A DNA stretch of 64,000 bases, taken from NCBI GenBank assembly GCA_963692775.1, contig OY839116.1:3149334-3213333 (forward strand), in the 5' to 3' direction. The DNA is from Dehalococcoidia bacterium (GTDB taxonomy: Bacteria; Chloroflexota; Dehalococcoidia; UBA2979). Made by a program: the position numbers and the translations under genes. This document shows positions 41,009 to 50,997 of the stretch, one piece after another (the stretch's first letter is position 1; each line of letters begins with the position of its first letter). The notes beneath the pieces were generated by a model that saw only the letters and a program-made list of their open reading frames with translations, was not told where the DNA came from and made no database searches.

Positions 41009-42040
41009 ATGGACTTGCTGAACCGCTACAAGATGATTGCCGTGGCGGCGCTCTCCGCCCTCGTGTTCGCCGCCGCCCTCGCCTGCGGGGGCGACGACGA
41101 CGGCGACAAGGAGACGCTCGTCTTCAACGACCTCAACTGGACCAGCGCACAGGTCCAGAACCGCATCGCCCAGTACATCGTCGAGATGGGCTACGACTAC
41201 CCGACCGACGTGGTGCTGGGCGCGACCCTGCCGCTCTTCCAGGGCCTGCGCAGGGGCGACACCCACATCACCATGGAGATCTGGCTGCCCAACCAGGACG
41301 AGGCCTGGAACGAGGCGCTCGCCGGCGGCGAAGTGGTCTCGCTCGGGCCCAGCCTCGGCAGCGACTGGCAGTCCGCCTTCGTCATCCCGAGGTATCTCCA
41401 GGAGCAGCACCCCGATCTCGACAACGTCGAGGATCTCAAGGACGACAAGTTCAAGGAGCTCTTCGCGACCGCCGAGACGGGCGGCAAGGCGCGGCTCGTC
41501 TCCTGCGTCATCGGCTGGTCCTGCGAGGTGGTCAACACCGCGCAGATCGAGGCCTACGGCCTCAACGCCCACGTCGACATCGTCTCGCCGGGCGACGGCG
41601 CGGCCCTCAACGCCGACCTGATCGGCGCCTACGAGAAGGGCGACCCGTGGCTCGGCTACCAGTGGGGCACCAACGAGCCCGCGCTGGTGCTCGACCTCGT
41701 GCGGCTCGAGGAGCCCGCCTACAGCGACGAGTGCTGGTTCACGACCAAGGCCTGCGCCTACGAGGACGCGACGATCCTGATCGCCGTGCACCCGGACGTC
41801 GTGACCAACGCCCCGGACGTCGTCTCGATGCTGCGCGCGTGGACGTTCGACGTCTCGCAGTACCGCGGCGTGGCCGCCTGGCTGCAGGACAACCCGGACG
41901 CCGACGCCAACGACGCCGCCCTCTGGTGGCTGAACGGCAACGAGGGCGTCTGGAGCGCATGGGTGAGCGAGGACGCGGCCTCCGCCATCAGCAGCGCCCT
42001 CGCGGACGGCGAGACGCCGTCCGGCTGGCCCGAGGAATAG
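41009..42040 (+). CDS. Glycine betaine-type ABC transporter substrate-binding lipoprotein
   Basis: 343 aa with a signal peptide and lipobox (LACGG). It follows the ATPase and permease genes. Confidence 0.8.
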   Translation: MDLLNRYKMIAVAALSALVFAAALACGGDDDGDKETLVFNDLNWTSAQVQNRIAQYIVEMGYDYPTDVVLGATLPLFQGLRRGDTHITMEIWLPNQDEAWNEALAGGEVVSLGPSLGSDWQSAFVIPRYLQEQHPDLDNVEDLKDDKFKELFATAETGGKARLVSCVIGWSCEVVNTAQIEAYGLNAHVDIVSPGDGAALNADLIGAYEKGDPWLGYQWGTNEPALVLDLVRLEEPAYSDECWFTTKACAYEDATILIAVHPDVVTNAPDVVSMLRAWTFDVSQYRGVAAWLQDNPDADANDAALWWLNGNEGVWSAWVSEDAASAISSALADGETPSGWPEE

Positions 42041-42072
42041 CCCCGGGCGACGACCCGGCGAAACCCCGAACG

Positions 42073-42104
42073 CGCCCGCGCCGCCCGTAGCGGCGGCGCG
42101 GGCG
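42073..42104 (+). terminator. GC-rich hairpin (12-bp stem CGCCCGCGCCGC/GCGGCGCGGGCG) after the transporter operon
   Basis: Inverted repeat read directly from the sequence. Confidence 0.45.
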
Positions 42105-42132
42105 GGCCGGGCAGCGGGCGGCGCGCACGACC

Positions 42133-42693
42133 ATGCCAGCCGCGGCGGCGTCCGCCGCGGGCGACCTCGCCGTCGCGGCGGCGCTGCTCTTCGCGTCCGC
42201 CGAGGCGTTCCGCTGCTGGTTGCTGCTGCGCGCCGCCGCCCCGCACGGCTCGAGGCGGGGCGGTGACTACTGGCGGCTGGCCGCCGCCGGCCTCGCGCTG
42301 CTTGCCCTCGACGAGCTGCTCGGCCTGCACGAGGCGATCGGCTGGGCGATCGCCTCGCTCGGCGCACCCGCGCCGCGGCACACCCCGCACTGGGGCGACG
42401 TGGTGCTCGCGGGCTACGTGCTGGCCGCGGGCGCGATCTCGCTCGCGCGCCTCGGCGAGCTGCGCCGCAGCCCCCGCGCCTTCGCGCTGCTCGCCGCCGG
42501 CCTGGCCCTCGCCGCGCTCGCGGTCGCGCTCGACAACACGGCGCGCGCCGCCGCGCTGGAGGAGTCGCTGGAACTCGCGGGCGCGGCCCTGATCGCGGCG
42601 GGCATGCTTGCCCGCCGCCTCGAGGCGAGCCGCGCGCCCCACCCCGCCCGCGCGCGGCCACGCATTCCTTCTGGCCCTCTCTCCTTGGGGTGA
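42133..42693 (+). CDS. Hypothetical integral membrane protein (186 aa)
   Basis: About 5 hydrophobic segments and GC3-rich codons. No recognised family. Confidence 0.45.
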   Translation: MPAAAASAAGDLAVAAALLFASAEAFRCWLLLRAAAPHGSRRGGDYWRLAAAGLALLALDELLGLHEAIGWAIASLGAPAPRHTPHWGDVVLAGYVLAAGAISLARLGELRRSPRAFALLAAGLALAALAVALDNTARAAALEESLELAGAALIAAGMLARRLEASRAPHPARARPRIPSGPLSLG

Positions 42694-42772
42694 GGGAGGC
42701 ATCTCTCTTCCCGTCATTCCGGCGAAAGCCGGAATCCAGCTGCGCTAGGCCGCGTCGCGCTATCCTCGCGGC

Positions 42773-43558
42773 GTGCCAGCCATCGTCACCCTCACCACCG
42801 ACTTCGGGACGCGCGACCCCTACGCCGCGCAACTCAAGGGCGTGCTGCTCGCGGGCTGCGAGGGCGTGCGCGTCCACGACCTGACGCACGAGATCGCGCC
42901 GCGGGACGTGCTCGAGGGCGCGCTCTTCCTCGCGGCCGCCGCGCCGGCGTTCCCGCCGGGCACGGTCCACCTCGCCGTCGTCGATCCGGGCGTCGGCACG
43001 AAACGTCGGGCGATCGCCGCGACGCTGGGCGGGCAGCACGTCGTCTGCCCGGACAACGGCCTGCTCACGCTCCTCGCGAGGCGCGCGGCCCTCGATGAGG
43101 TCCGCGCGATCGAGAACGCCTCGCTGCGGCGGGAGCCGGTCAGCCCCACCTTCCACGGCCGCGACCTGTTCGCACCCGCCGCCGCCTTCCTCGCCTGCGG
43201 CGGCGCGCTCGAGGGGCTCGGCCCGCCGGTCGCGGACCTCGTCGAGTTGCCGCTGCCGCGCCCGCGCGCCGAGGGCGCACGGCTCGTCGGCGAGGTGCTG
43301 CATGTCGATCGCTTCGGCAACGCCATCACCAACCTCGGGCGCTCCGAGGTGGAGGCGATCGCCGGTGGTCGCACGGTCAGCGTCGAGGCGGGCGGGCGGC
43401 GGCTGGCGCTGGCGCGGACGTATGGCGACGTGGCGGAGGGCGAGCCGCTGGCGCTGATCGGCAGCGCCGACCTGCTGGAGGTGGCGGTCCGCGAAGGCAA
43501 CGCGGCTACCGCGCTCGGCCTCGGGCGCGGCAGCGAGGTGGTCGTCGCGGCGGGGTAG
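42773..43558 (+). CDS. SAM hydrolase / SAM-dependent halogenase family protein (DUF62)
   Basis: 261 aa with TLTTDFGTRDPYAAQLKGV...VVDPGVGT...FHGRDLFAP, characteristic of the family. Confidence 0.85.
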   Translation: MPAIVTLTTDFGTRDPYAAQLKGVLLAGCEGVRVHDLTHEIAPRDVLEGALFLAAAAPAFPPGTVHLAVVDPGVGTKRRAIAATLGGQHVVCPDNGLLTLLARRAALDEVRAIENASLRREPVSPTFHGRDLFAPAAAFLACGGALEGLGPPVADLVELPLPRPRAEGARLVGEVLHVDRFGNAITNLGRSEVEAIAGGRTVSVEAGGRRLALARTYGDVAEGEPLALIGSADLLEVAVREGNAATALGLGRGSEVVVAAG

Positions 43559-43626
43559 GCGGCTCGCGGCTATGATGCGAGCCGGGCGCGAGCCCGCGAG
43601 GGGACACGAGCAGCCACGGAGGACGG

Positions 43627-46107
43627 ATGCAGCTCGCCGAAGACCTGCGCGTGATCGATCTCAGCAGCGGACCGGCCGGCGGCGTCGCCACGATGATCCT
43701 CGCCGACTTTGGGGCCGACGTGATCAAGGTCGAGCGTCCGGGCGGCGACCCGCTGCGGCGGCTCCCCGCCTCGCCGATGTGGCTGCGCGGCAAGCGCAGC
43801 ATCGAGCTGGACCTGACGACCGAGGTCGGGCGCGAGCGGTTGCACGCGCTCGCTGCCGGGGCGGACGTGGTCGTCGCCTCGTACCGGCCGGGGCAGGCCG
43901 GGAAGCTGGGCGCGGACCATGGGACGCTCGCGATCGACAATCCCGGTCTCGTCTATTGCTCGATCACGGGCTTCGGACCGCGCGGGCCATACGCTGACTA
44001 CGCGCCGTACGAGGGCGTCGTGTCGGCAAAGTCGGGACGCATGCACTCGTTCACCGGGCAGCCGCGCCGCGAGGGGCCCGCCTACACCGCGGTGCAGGTC
44101 GGCAGCCACGCCACATCGCAGTCGGCCGTCAACGGCATCCTCGCGGCGCTGCTCGCGAGGGAGCGCGACGGCAAGGGCCAGCTCGTCGAGACGAGCCTGC
44201 TGCAAGGGATGTTCCCGCCCGACCTGTTCGGCCTGCTGCGCACGCAGCTCGCCCGCCGCTACCCGCGCGGCTTCGAGGGCGACCCCTATGCCAAGTTCGA
44301 GCCGATGCCGACGCTCCAGTACCACCCGGTGGTCGCCAGCGACGGGCGCTGGATCCAGCTCGCGAACCTGCTCGAGCACCACTTCCACGCCTACATCAGC
44401 GCGATCGGCCTCTCGGAAATCTACGCCGACCCACGCTTCGTCAACGCCCCGACGGGACTGACGCCGGAGACGCGCCGGGCGCTCAGCGACCTGATGCTGG
44501 AGCGCATGCAGGACCGCAGCCTCAAGGAGTGGATGGAGCTGTTCAAGGCGGACGGGCAGATCGCCTCGGAGCCCGTGCAGTCCGCGCAGGACGGCCTGCT
44601 GCACCCCGACCTCGAGGCCAACAGCGAGGTCGTCGCCTTCGACCACCCGCGCCACGGCCCCGTGCGCCAGCTGGGGCCGATCGCGCAGCTCAGCGAGACG
44701 CCCGGCGAGGTCGCGCAGTGGTTCGCCGAGCCCGGCGAGCACACGCAGGAGCTGCTCGCCGAGGCGCCGCGCGCGCCCTGGCAGCCGTCCGCTGGGTCCA
44801 ACGGCGCCGCGCCCAGCGATCGCCCGCCCCTCGAGGGCGTCACGATCATCGAGTTCGGGACGATCATCGCCGCGCCGCTCGGCATCACCTTCCTCGCGGA
44901 CCTCGGCGCGCGCGTGATCAAGGTCGAGGCGCCCGAGGGCGACCCCTACCGGGGGATGGGCTACGGGCTCGGCTCCTTCTGCGGCATCGCCAAGACCTCG
45001 GCCGGCAAGGAAAGCATCTGCATCGACCTCAAGCGCGAGGAGGGCCGCGCGATCGTCCGCCGCCTGCTGGAACAGGCGGACGCGGTGATGCACAACTTCC
45101 GGCCCGGCGTGCCGGAGCGGCTCGGCATCGGCTACGAGCAGGTGCGCGAGATCAGGCCGGACATCGTCTACCTGCAGGTCAACGGCTACGGCCCGAAGGG
45201 GCCGAGCGCGGCCCGCCCCTCGGCGCACCCGATCCCGGGCGCGGCCACGGGCGGCCAGCTCTACCAGGCCGGCGCGGCGATGCCGCCGCCCTCGGTCGGC
45301 TCGATCCCCGACGCGAGCGAGGCCGCCCGCTGGCTCTACCGCGCCAACGAGGGCAACCCCGACCCGAACACCGGCAGCGTGGTCCAGAACGCGATGATGC
45401 TCGGGCTCTACGCGCAGCAGCGCTTCGGCATCGGCCAGCTGATCTCGATGAGCATGCTCGGCGCGAACGCCTACGCGAACTCCGACGACTTCCTATCCTA
45501 CGAGGGCAAGGCGCCGCGCCCGACGGTCGACGCCGACCTCTACGGCCTCAACGCGCTCTACCGCCTCTATCCGGCCTCCGAGGGCTGGATCTTCCTCGGC
45601 GTCGTCACGGACGGCGAGTGGGCGACGTTCTGCGAGGCGACCGGCCGCGCCGACCTCGCCTCGGACGTCCGCTTCGCGACGCGCGAGGCGCGCCGGGAGC
45701 ATAACGCGGCGCTCTGCGAGGAACTGCGCGGCCTCTTCGCGCAGCGCCCCGCCCTCGAGTGGGAGGGGCTGCTCGCCCCGCGCGGCGTGGGCTGCGTGCA
45801 GGCGGACGGCGGGTCGCCCGGCGAGTTCTTCGCCGACGACCCGCAGATCGCGGCGAACGACTGGGACCTCGAGGCCGAGCACACGCTGTGGGGCGTCTAC
45901 CGGCGGCACGGCCCGCAGGTGACGCTGAGCCGCACGCCCGGCTCCTACCGCGCCGGCGCGCTGGCCGGCGAGCACGGCGACGCCCTCCTCGCCGAGTTCG
46001 GCTACGACGCCGCCGAGATCGCAAGCCTCCGCGAGGCGCGCGTCGTCACCTCGGAGCCGCTCTTCGATCCCGCGGAGTACGACCCGCCGGGCACGAGCTA
46101 CCCGTAG
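43627..46107 (+). CDS. Two-domain (tandem) family-III CaiB/BaiF CoA-transferase
   Basis: 826 aa. It has two copies of the N-terminal signature: RVIDLSSGPAGGVATMILADFGADVIKVERPGGDP and GVTIIEFGTIIAAPLGITFLADLGARVIKVEAPEGDP. Confidence 0.8.
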   Translation: MQLAEDLRVIDLSSGPAGGVATMILADFGADVIKVERPGGDPLRRLPASPMWLRGKRSIELDLTTEVGRERLHALAAGADVVVASYRPGQAGKLGADHGTLAIDNPGLVYCSITGFGPRGPYADYAPYEGVVSAKSGRMHSFTGQPRREGPAYTAVQVGSHATSQSAVNGILAALLARERDGKGQLVETSLLQGMFPPDLFGLLRTQLARRYPRGFEGDPYAKFEPMPTLQYHPVVASDGRWIQLANLLEHHFHAYISAIGLSEIYADPRFVNAPTGLTPETRRALSDLMLERMQDRSLKEWMELFKADGQIASEPVQSAQDGLLHPDLEANSEVVAFDHPRHGPVRQLGPIAQLSETPGEVAQWFAEPGEHTQELLAEAPRAPWQPSAGSNGAAPSDRPPLEGVTIIEFGTIIAAPLGITFLADLGARVIKVEAPEGDPYRGMGYGLGSFCGIAKTSAGKESICIDLKREEGRAIVRRLLEQADAVMHNFRPGVPERLGIGYEQVREIRPDIVYLQVNGYGPKGPSAARPSAHPIPGAATGGQLYQAGAAMPPPSVGSIPDASEAARWLYRANEGNPDPNTGSVVQNAMMLGLYAQQRFGIGQLISMSMLGANAYANSDDFLSYEGKAPRPTVDADLYGLNALYRLYPASEGWIFLGVVTDGEWATFCEATGRADLASDVRFATREARREHNAALCEELRGLFAQRPALEWEGLLAPRGVGCVQADGGSPGEFFADDPQIAANDWDLEAEHTLWGVYRRHGPQVTLSRTPGSYRAGALAGEHGDALLAEFGYDAAEIASLREARVVTSEPLFDPAEYDPPGTSYP

Positions 46108-46217
46108 CGGCTGCTCCGGCTTCCCGGCCTCGCGGCCGGGAACAAAGGCGCGCCTTCGAGCGTCCTGATCCTGACGGCAGGCAGCCGATCCGGAGCCCAT
46201 CCCGGAGGTGGCCCCCG

Positions 46218-46691
46218 ATGAGATCGAGACTCAAGACCGCCCTGCTCTATATCCTCGGCGCGTGGATCGCGCTGATAGCCGTCGTCGGCTGTCAGAGCGA
46301 GCCGGAGCCGGCCGACCCGGCGCTCGAAATCCCCTCGGGACGGACTCCCGACGCGTCGGTCAGCGGCACGGTCAGCTACCGCGAGCGGATCGCCCTCAGC
46401 CCCGGCGCAACGCTCGTCGTGGAGATCCGCGACGTGTCCCTCGCCGACGCCCCCGCGCCGCTGATCGCGCGCCGGACCATCGGCAGCCCGGGCCAGGTCC
46501 CCATCAGCTTCGAGGTTGAATACAGCTCCGGGGACATCGATCCCTTCAACACCTACTCCGTCGGCGCGAGCATCATCGAGGCGGACGGGCGCCTCGCCTT
46601 CACCAACGACACCGCGTACGACGTGATCACGTACGGCAATCCGGTCGAGGTCGACATGCTCCTCGTGCTGGTCGAGCCGCCGGAGGGGTAG
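46218..46691 (+). CDS. YbaY-like lipoprotein
   Basis: 157 aa with the lipobox VVGC. Pattern VSGTVSYRERIALSPGATLVVEIRDVSLADAP. Confidence 0.65.
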   Translation: MRSRLKTALLYILGAWIALIAVVGCQSEPEPADPALEIPSGRTPDASVSGTVSYRERIALSPGATLVVEIRDVSLADAPAPLIARRTIGSPGQVPISFEVEYSSGDIDPFNTYSVGASIIEADGRLAFTNDTAYDVITYGNPVEVDMLLVLVEPPEG

Positions 46692-46718
46692 GCGCAGGCC
46701 CTGCCGGGCCGGGCGCGG

Positions 46719-48539
46719 TCAGCGCAGCGCGAGCCGCTCGCGCGCCTCGGCCACGGCCTCCGCGCCGCCGAACAGCAGCAGCCGGTTGCCGCGCATGATC
46801 ACGGTCTCGCCGTAGGGCACCACGTCCTCGTTGTCTCGGCGCACGAGCAGCACCAGCACATCGTGCGGCAGCCCCAGATCGCGCATCCGCAGCCCGTCCA
46901 TGCCGGCGCTGACGGTGAACTCGACCGTCAGCCGGTCCTCGCCGCCGAGGGCCAGCGCCTCCCACAGGGCGGGCTGGCCGATCACCGTCATCATCGCGTC
47001 CGCGATCGCGTCGTCCGCGCCGACGGTCGCAATCCCGGCCTGGCGGAACGCGTCGACCGCGTCGGACTGCTCGACGCGCGCGTAGACGGTTGCCTCGGGG
47101 TTCTCGGAGCGCATGTACTGGCAGAACAGCAGGTTGACGTGGTCGCTGTCCGAGGCGGCGACGGCGATCGCGGCCTCGCCGCCGCCGAGCTTGCGCAGCA
47201 GCGCGACGTTCGAGGCGTCGCCGGCCTCCGCCTCCAGCCGCTCGGCGCGGGCGCGGGCGACGGCGTCCTCGTTCGGGTCGATCAGCGTGACGTCGAAGCC
47301 ACCGGCGCGCAGCTGCGCCCCGATCCGTCTCGACACCTTCCCGGCGCCGGCAATCAGCGCGCGCATGGCTCGCACCTCCAACCGCCGCGCGAGCGGCGCG
47401 GCATACGTGGACTGTACGCCAATCGTCATCGCCACCGTGAGGAACACGAGTGCGGTCAGATGGCCTCCGTCCAGTTCCTCGCCCAGCGTCTCGCCCGCAA
47501 AGGCCGCGAGCGCGACGGCGACCACGCCCCGAGGCGCGATCGCGGCGATGTAGGCGCGCTCGTGCAGCCGCAGATCGGAGCGCAGCGAGCAGATCGCGAC
47601 GCTCAGCGGCCGCACCAGCAGCATCAGCCCGAGCACGGCGATGAAGCCCATCGGCCACAGGTCGAAGAGCAGCCGCAGCTCCAGCGTCGAGGCGGCCAGC
47701 ACGTAGATCGCGGCCAGCAGGATGCGCGAGAACTCGTCCTCGAACGAGCGCACCTCCTCGGCGTGCGGCAGGTGCATCCCCGCGAGCACGACACCCATCG
47801 TCGCCATCGCCGTCAGCGCCGAGCCCTCCAGCAGGCGCTCGGCGAACCCGAACGTCGCGATGCTCGCGCCGATCAGCAGCAGCGTCATCTCGCGGGCCGA
47901 GAGTTGGGGGTGGAGGCGGACCACGCCGCGCACCGCCGCGACTCCCGCCAGTCCGAACAGGAAGCCGCCCCCCAGCCGCGTCGGCGCCCAGATGATGTCG
48001 TCGATGTGGAAGCCGGCGATCGCGAAGTGCAGCGTGACCACGGCGAGGATCGCGCCGAGCGGATCGATCAGCACGCCCTCGCCGAGCAGCACCGCGCGCA
48101 CGCGGTCGTTGAGTCGCGTCGCCCGCACCAGCGGCCCGATCACCGTCGGCCCGGTCACGGTGACGAGTGCGCCGAACATCAGCGCCGTGCGCCACGGCAG
48201 CACGTCCAGCAGTCCCGCGAGCAGCGCCCCCGAGGCGAACGTGATCACGAGGCCGACAGTCAGCAGGTTGCGCACCACCCCCCCGACGCGGCGCAGGTAG
48301 TGCACGTCGATCGAGAACGCGCCCTCGAAGACGAGCAGGCCGACGAGCACCTCAAGGCCGACGGGGAAGATCTCGCCGAGCTCGTCGGGGTGGAAGAAGC
48401 TGGTGACCGAGCGCCCGCCGACAACGCCGACGATGAGGTAGAGCAGCACCGGTGGAACGCGCAGGCGGCGCGCGAGCAGGTTGACGACCGCCACCGCGAG
48501 GCCGACGAGCCCGACCGCCGCGATCGCCGCCGATTCCAT
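46719..48539 (-). CDS. Cation:proton antiporter (Na+/H+ exchanger family) fused to TrkA-N/TrkA-C (RCK) domains
   Basis: 606 aa. A polytopic N-terminal ~390 aa is followed by the Rossmann-like ALIAGAGKVSRRIGAQL and a C-terminal RCK_C. The start is at the ATG at 48539. Confidence 0.8.
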   Translation of the reverse strand: MESAAIAAVGLVGLAVAVVNLLARRLRVPPVLLYLIVGVVGGRSVTSFFHPDELGEIFPVGLEVLVGLLVFEGAFSIDVHYLRRVGGVVRNLLTVGLVITFASGALLAGLLDVLPWRTALMFGALVTVTGPTVIGPLVRATRLNDRVRAVLLGEGVLIDPLGAILAVVTLHFAIAGFHIDDIIWAPTRLGGGFLFGLAGVAAVRGVVRLHPQLSAREMTLLLIGASIATFGFAERLLEGSALTAMATMGVVLAGMHLPHAEEVRSFEDEFSRILLAAIYVLAASTLELRLLFDLWPMGFIAVLGLMLLVRPLSVAICSLRSDLRLHERAYIAAIAPRGVVAVALAAFAGETLGEELDGGHLTALVFLTVAMTIGVQSTYAAPLARRLEVRAMRALIAGAGKVSRRIGAQLRAGGFDVTLIDPNEDAVARARAERLEAEAGDASNVALLRKLGGGEAAIAVAASDSDHVNLLFCQYMRSENPEATVYARVEQSDAVDAFRQAGIATVGADDAIADAMMTVIGQPALWEALALGGEDRLTVEFTVSAGMDGLRMRDLGLPHDVLVLLVRRDNEDVVPYGETVIMRGNRLLLFGGAEAVAEARERLALR

Positions 48540-48661
48540 CTCCACGGGTGGCCCTCCCCGCGCGGCCCACGGGAAGGGCCGCGCCGTGGCGGATGATACC
48601 TTGTCCGCATGGCCGGGGCGCCAGTGCGCCCGCCCCGGCGGCGCGCGAGGGAGCGACGGCG

Positions 48662-49495
48662 ATGCCCGCGAGCGAGCAAGGCTGCGCGCCGCACGTTCCC
48701 GATCCCCGCACCGTCGCCGTCGCGGTCGAGCGCCGCGCGGGCGGCCCCGCACGGGGCGCCCTCGACGCCGTCGCCGCCGAGGAGCCGCTCGAGATCGCGA
48801 TCGAGGGCGAGGCGATCGCGGTGGTGATGCGCACGCCGGGCGACGACGACGACCTCGTGCGCGGCTTCCTGCTGACCGAGGGCATCGTGCTGCGCGTCGA
48901 GGAGGTCGCCGCGGTGGACCTGGACGGGGAGGGGCGGGCGGACGCGCGCCTCGCGCCGGGCGTGGCGATCGACACGGAGCAGTTCCGCCGCAGCATGTTC
49001 ACGTCCAGCTCCTGCGGCGTCTGCGGCAAGGCCTCGATCGAGGCGGTGATGCTGCACGCGCCCGCCGCCGAGCCGATCGAGGTGTCCTCGGCAGTGATCG
49101 GACGGCTGACGGACGAGCTGCGCGCGCGCCAACCGACCTTTGACGCGACGGGCGGCCTGCACGCCGCCGGCGTGTTCGGCCTCGACGGCGCGGCGCTGGT
49201 CGTGCGCGAGGACGTAGGACGACATAACGCGGTGGACAAGGCCGTCGGCGCATTCGTCCGGGAGGCTTCCGAAGCGGCTGGTCCGAGGCCGCCCGCGCTC
49301 CTCGTGGTCTCAGGACGGCAGAGTTTCGAGATCGTGCAGAAGGCGGCGATGGCGCGGCTCAGCGGCGTCGTGGGCGTCTCGGCGCCCAGCTCGCTCGCCG
49401 TCGATCTCGCGCGGGAGCTGGGCCTGCTGCTCGTCGGCTTCGCGCGCGAGGGCGGCTACAACGTCTACGCGGGCGCGGAGCGCCTCGTCGACTGA
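48662..49495 (+). CDS. fdhD: Formate dehydrogenase accessory sulfurtransferase FdhD
   Basis: 277 aa with SSCGVCGK...GGLHAAG...DVGRHNAVDK. Confidence 0.88.
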   Translation: MPASEQGCAPHVPDPRTVAVAVERRAGGPARGALDAVAAEEPLEIAIEGEAIAVVMRTPGDDDDLVRGFLLTEGIVLRVEEVAAVDLDGEGRADARLAPGVAIDTEQFRRSMFTSSSCGVCGKASIEAVMLHAPAAEPIEVSSAVIGRLTDELRARQPTFDATGGLHAAGVFGLDGAALVVREDVGRHNAVDKAVGAFVREASEAAGPRPPALLVVSGRQSFEIVQKAAMARLSGVVGVSAPSSLAVDLARELGLLLVGFAREGGYNVYAGAERLVD

Positions 49496-50145
49496 CGCAG
49501 CGCCTCGCGGGCGGCGGCGAGCTGCTCCGGCGTGTTCACGTTGAGGAACGAGTGTCCAGCCGGATCGAGGTGGGCGTACGCCTCGGGAGGCAGCAGGGCG
49601 GCCTCGAGCGCCTCGGCGGCGGCGTGGACGGCGCGGTCGCCGGCCTTGATGCGCTCGCGCAGGACGGGGAGGGCGTCGCGCCGCCAGGCGGCGCAGAGCC
49701 ACTGCGGGACGCCCTCGTGCAGCGGCGCGGCGAGCGGTTTGCCGGCCCGCGCCCACGCGGCGAGTAGGCGCAGCAGCGTCGGCTCGAGCTGCGGCGCGTC
49801 GCAGCCGACGGCGATCGCGACGGGCGCCGAGGCCGCCTCAAGGCCCGCGGCGATCGCGACCAGCGGCCCGGCGTCCTCGATCGGGTCGGCGACGTGGCGC
49901 AGCGGCAGGCGGCTGCGCAGCTCCGGCGGCGGGCGACCCGGCGCGTGCACGACGATGATCTCGCCGCACACCTCGTCGAGGGCGTCCGCGACGCGCTGGA
50001 TCAGCGTGCGTCCGCCGACCTCGAGCGCGCACTTGTCGCTGCCCAGGCGGCGCGATCGGCCGCCCGCGAGGATGATGCCGCTCGGTCGGGTCGGCGTCGG
50101 TGGCGGTGCGGAGTGGGGAGCGGCGTCAGTCCTCGAGCGGGACAT
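49465..50145 (-). CDS. mobA: Molybdenum cofactor guanylyltransferase MobA
   Basis: 226 aa with GIILAGGRSRRLGSDK. It is convergent with fdhD and overlaps it by 31 nt. Confidence 0.8.
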   Translation of the reverse strand: MSRSRTDAAPHSAPPPTPTRPSGIILAGGRSRRLGSDKCALEVGGRTLIQRVADALDEVCGEIIVVHAPGRPPPELRSRLPLRHVADPIEDAGPLVAIAAGLEAASAPVAIAVGCDAPQLEPTLLRLLAAWARAGKPLAAPLHEGVPQWLCAAWRRDALPVLRERIKAGDRAVHAAAEALEAALLPPEAYAHLDPAGHSFLNVNTPEQLAAAREALRQSTRRSAPA

Positions 50146-50974
50146 ACATGCAGCGCCCGTCGCGGGGGACGCGGCGGCCGAGGCCCGGGAAGCGGAAGTG
50201 GCCGCCGATCACCAGCGCATCCTCGGCGTCGACGCGCTCCATGATCGCGGCGCGCGAGCGGTTGCCCTGCTCGTGATCGATGTCGGCGCGGTCCGACCAC
50301 CCGGTCTCGCAGACCTGCATCGCGATGTGGCAGGAGTCGCCGAGGATGTAGGCCGCCTCGCCCTCGCTCGCGATCCGCAGCACCTGGTGCCCCGGCGTGT
50401 GGCCGTAGGCGGCCATCACCGAGATCTCCGGCGTCAGCGCCCGGACGCCCTCGACCAGCTCGATCATCGAGGCCTCCTCGAGCGGGCGGATGCTGCGCTC
50501 GAGGACGGGGCCGGGGAAGCCGCGCTCGGTGACCGCCCAGTGCTCCCAGTCGGGCCGCTGGATGACGTGCTTCGCGTTCGGGAACATCGGAACCCAGCCG
50601 TCGCCCTCCGGCCGCGTGTTCCAGCCGACGTGGTCGAAGTGCAGGTGCGTGTGCACGACGAAGTCGACCGAGGCGGGGTCGATCTCCTCCTGGTCGAGCA
50701 GCAGGGGCAGCTGCGAGTGCTCGTCCATCTCGTGGCGGCCCATCGGCTGGTCCGCGATGCCGCTGTCGGCGAGGACGCGCACGCCCTGCGACTCCAGCAG
50801 GTAGACGGTCATGCTCAGTTGCGTCGTGCCGTCCTCGTCGATCAGGTGCGCGTAGGGGGCGAAGTCCGCCTCGACCTCGGGCCGGAGGATGTCGCCGGGC
50901 GCCCAGCGCGCGTGTCCGTCCTGCAGCGCGGTCAGCGCGACGGCGCCGATGTTGCGGCGGTAGACCTCGCCCAT
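50126..50974 (-). CDS. MBL-fold metallo-hydrolase
   Basis: 282 aa with the HTHLHFDH motif and downstream His/Asp ligands (YGHTPGH). Confidence 0.8.
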   Translation of the reverse strand: MGEVYRRNIGAVALTALQDGHARWAPGDILRPEVEADFAPYAHLIDEDGTTQLSMTVYLLESQGVRVLADSGIADQPMGRHEMDEHSQLPLLLDQEEIDPASVDFVVHTHLHFDHVGWNTRPEGDGWVPMFPNAKHVIQRPDWEHWAVTERGFPGPVLERSIRPLEEASMIELVEGVRALTPEISVMAAYGHTPGHQVLRIASEGEAAYILGDSCHIAMQVCETGWSDRADIDHEQGNRSRAAIMERVDAEDALVIGGHFRFPGLGRRVPRDGRCMYVPLED

Positions 50975-50997
50975 CGCAGTGCTCCCCGTTCGCCCGC

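Noticed and set aside
49465-49495. 31-nt convergent overlap of fdhD and mobA, and 20-nt overlap of mobA with the MBL hydrolase gene, as a possible regulatory antisense arrangement
   Set aside because: This more likely reflects uncertain start or stop choice in GC-rich ORFs. mobA may start downstream of 50145. There is nothing sequence-specific to support regulation.
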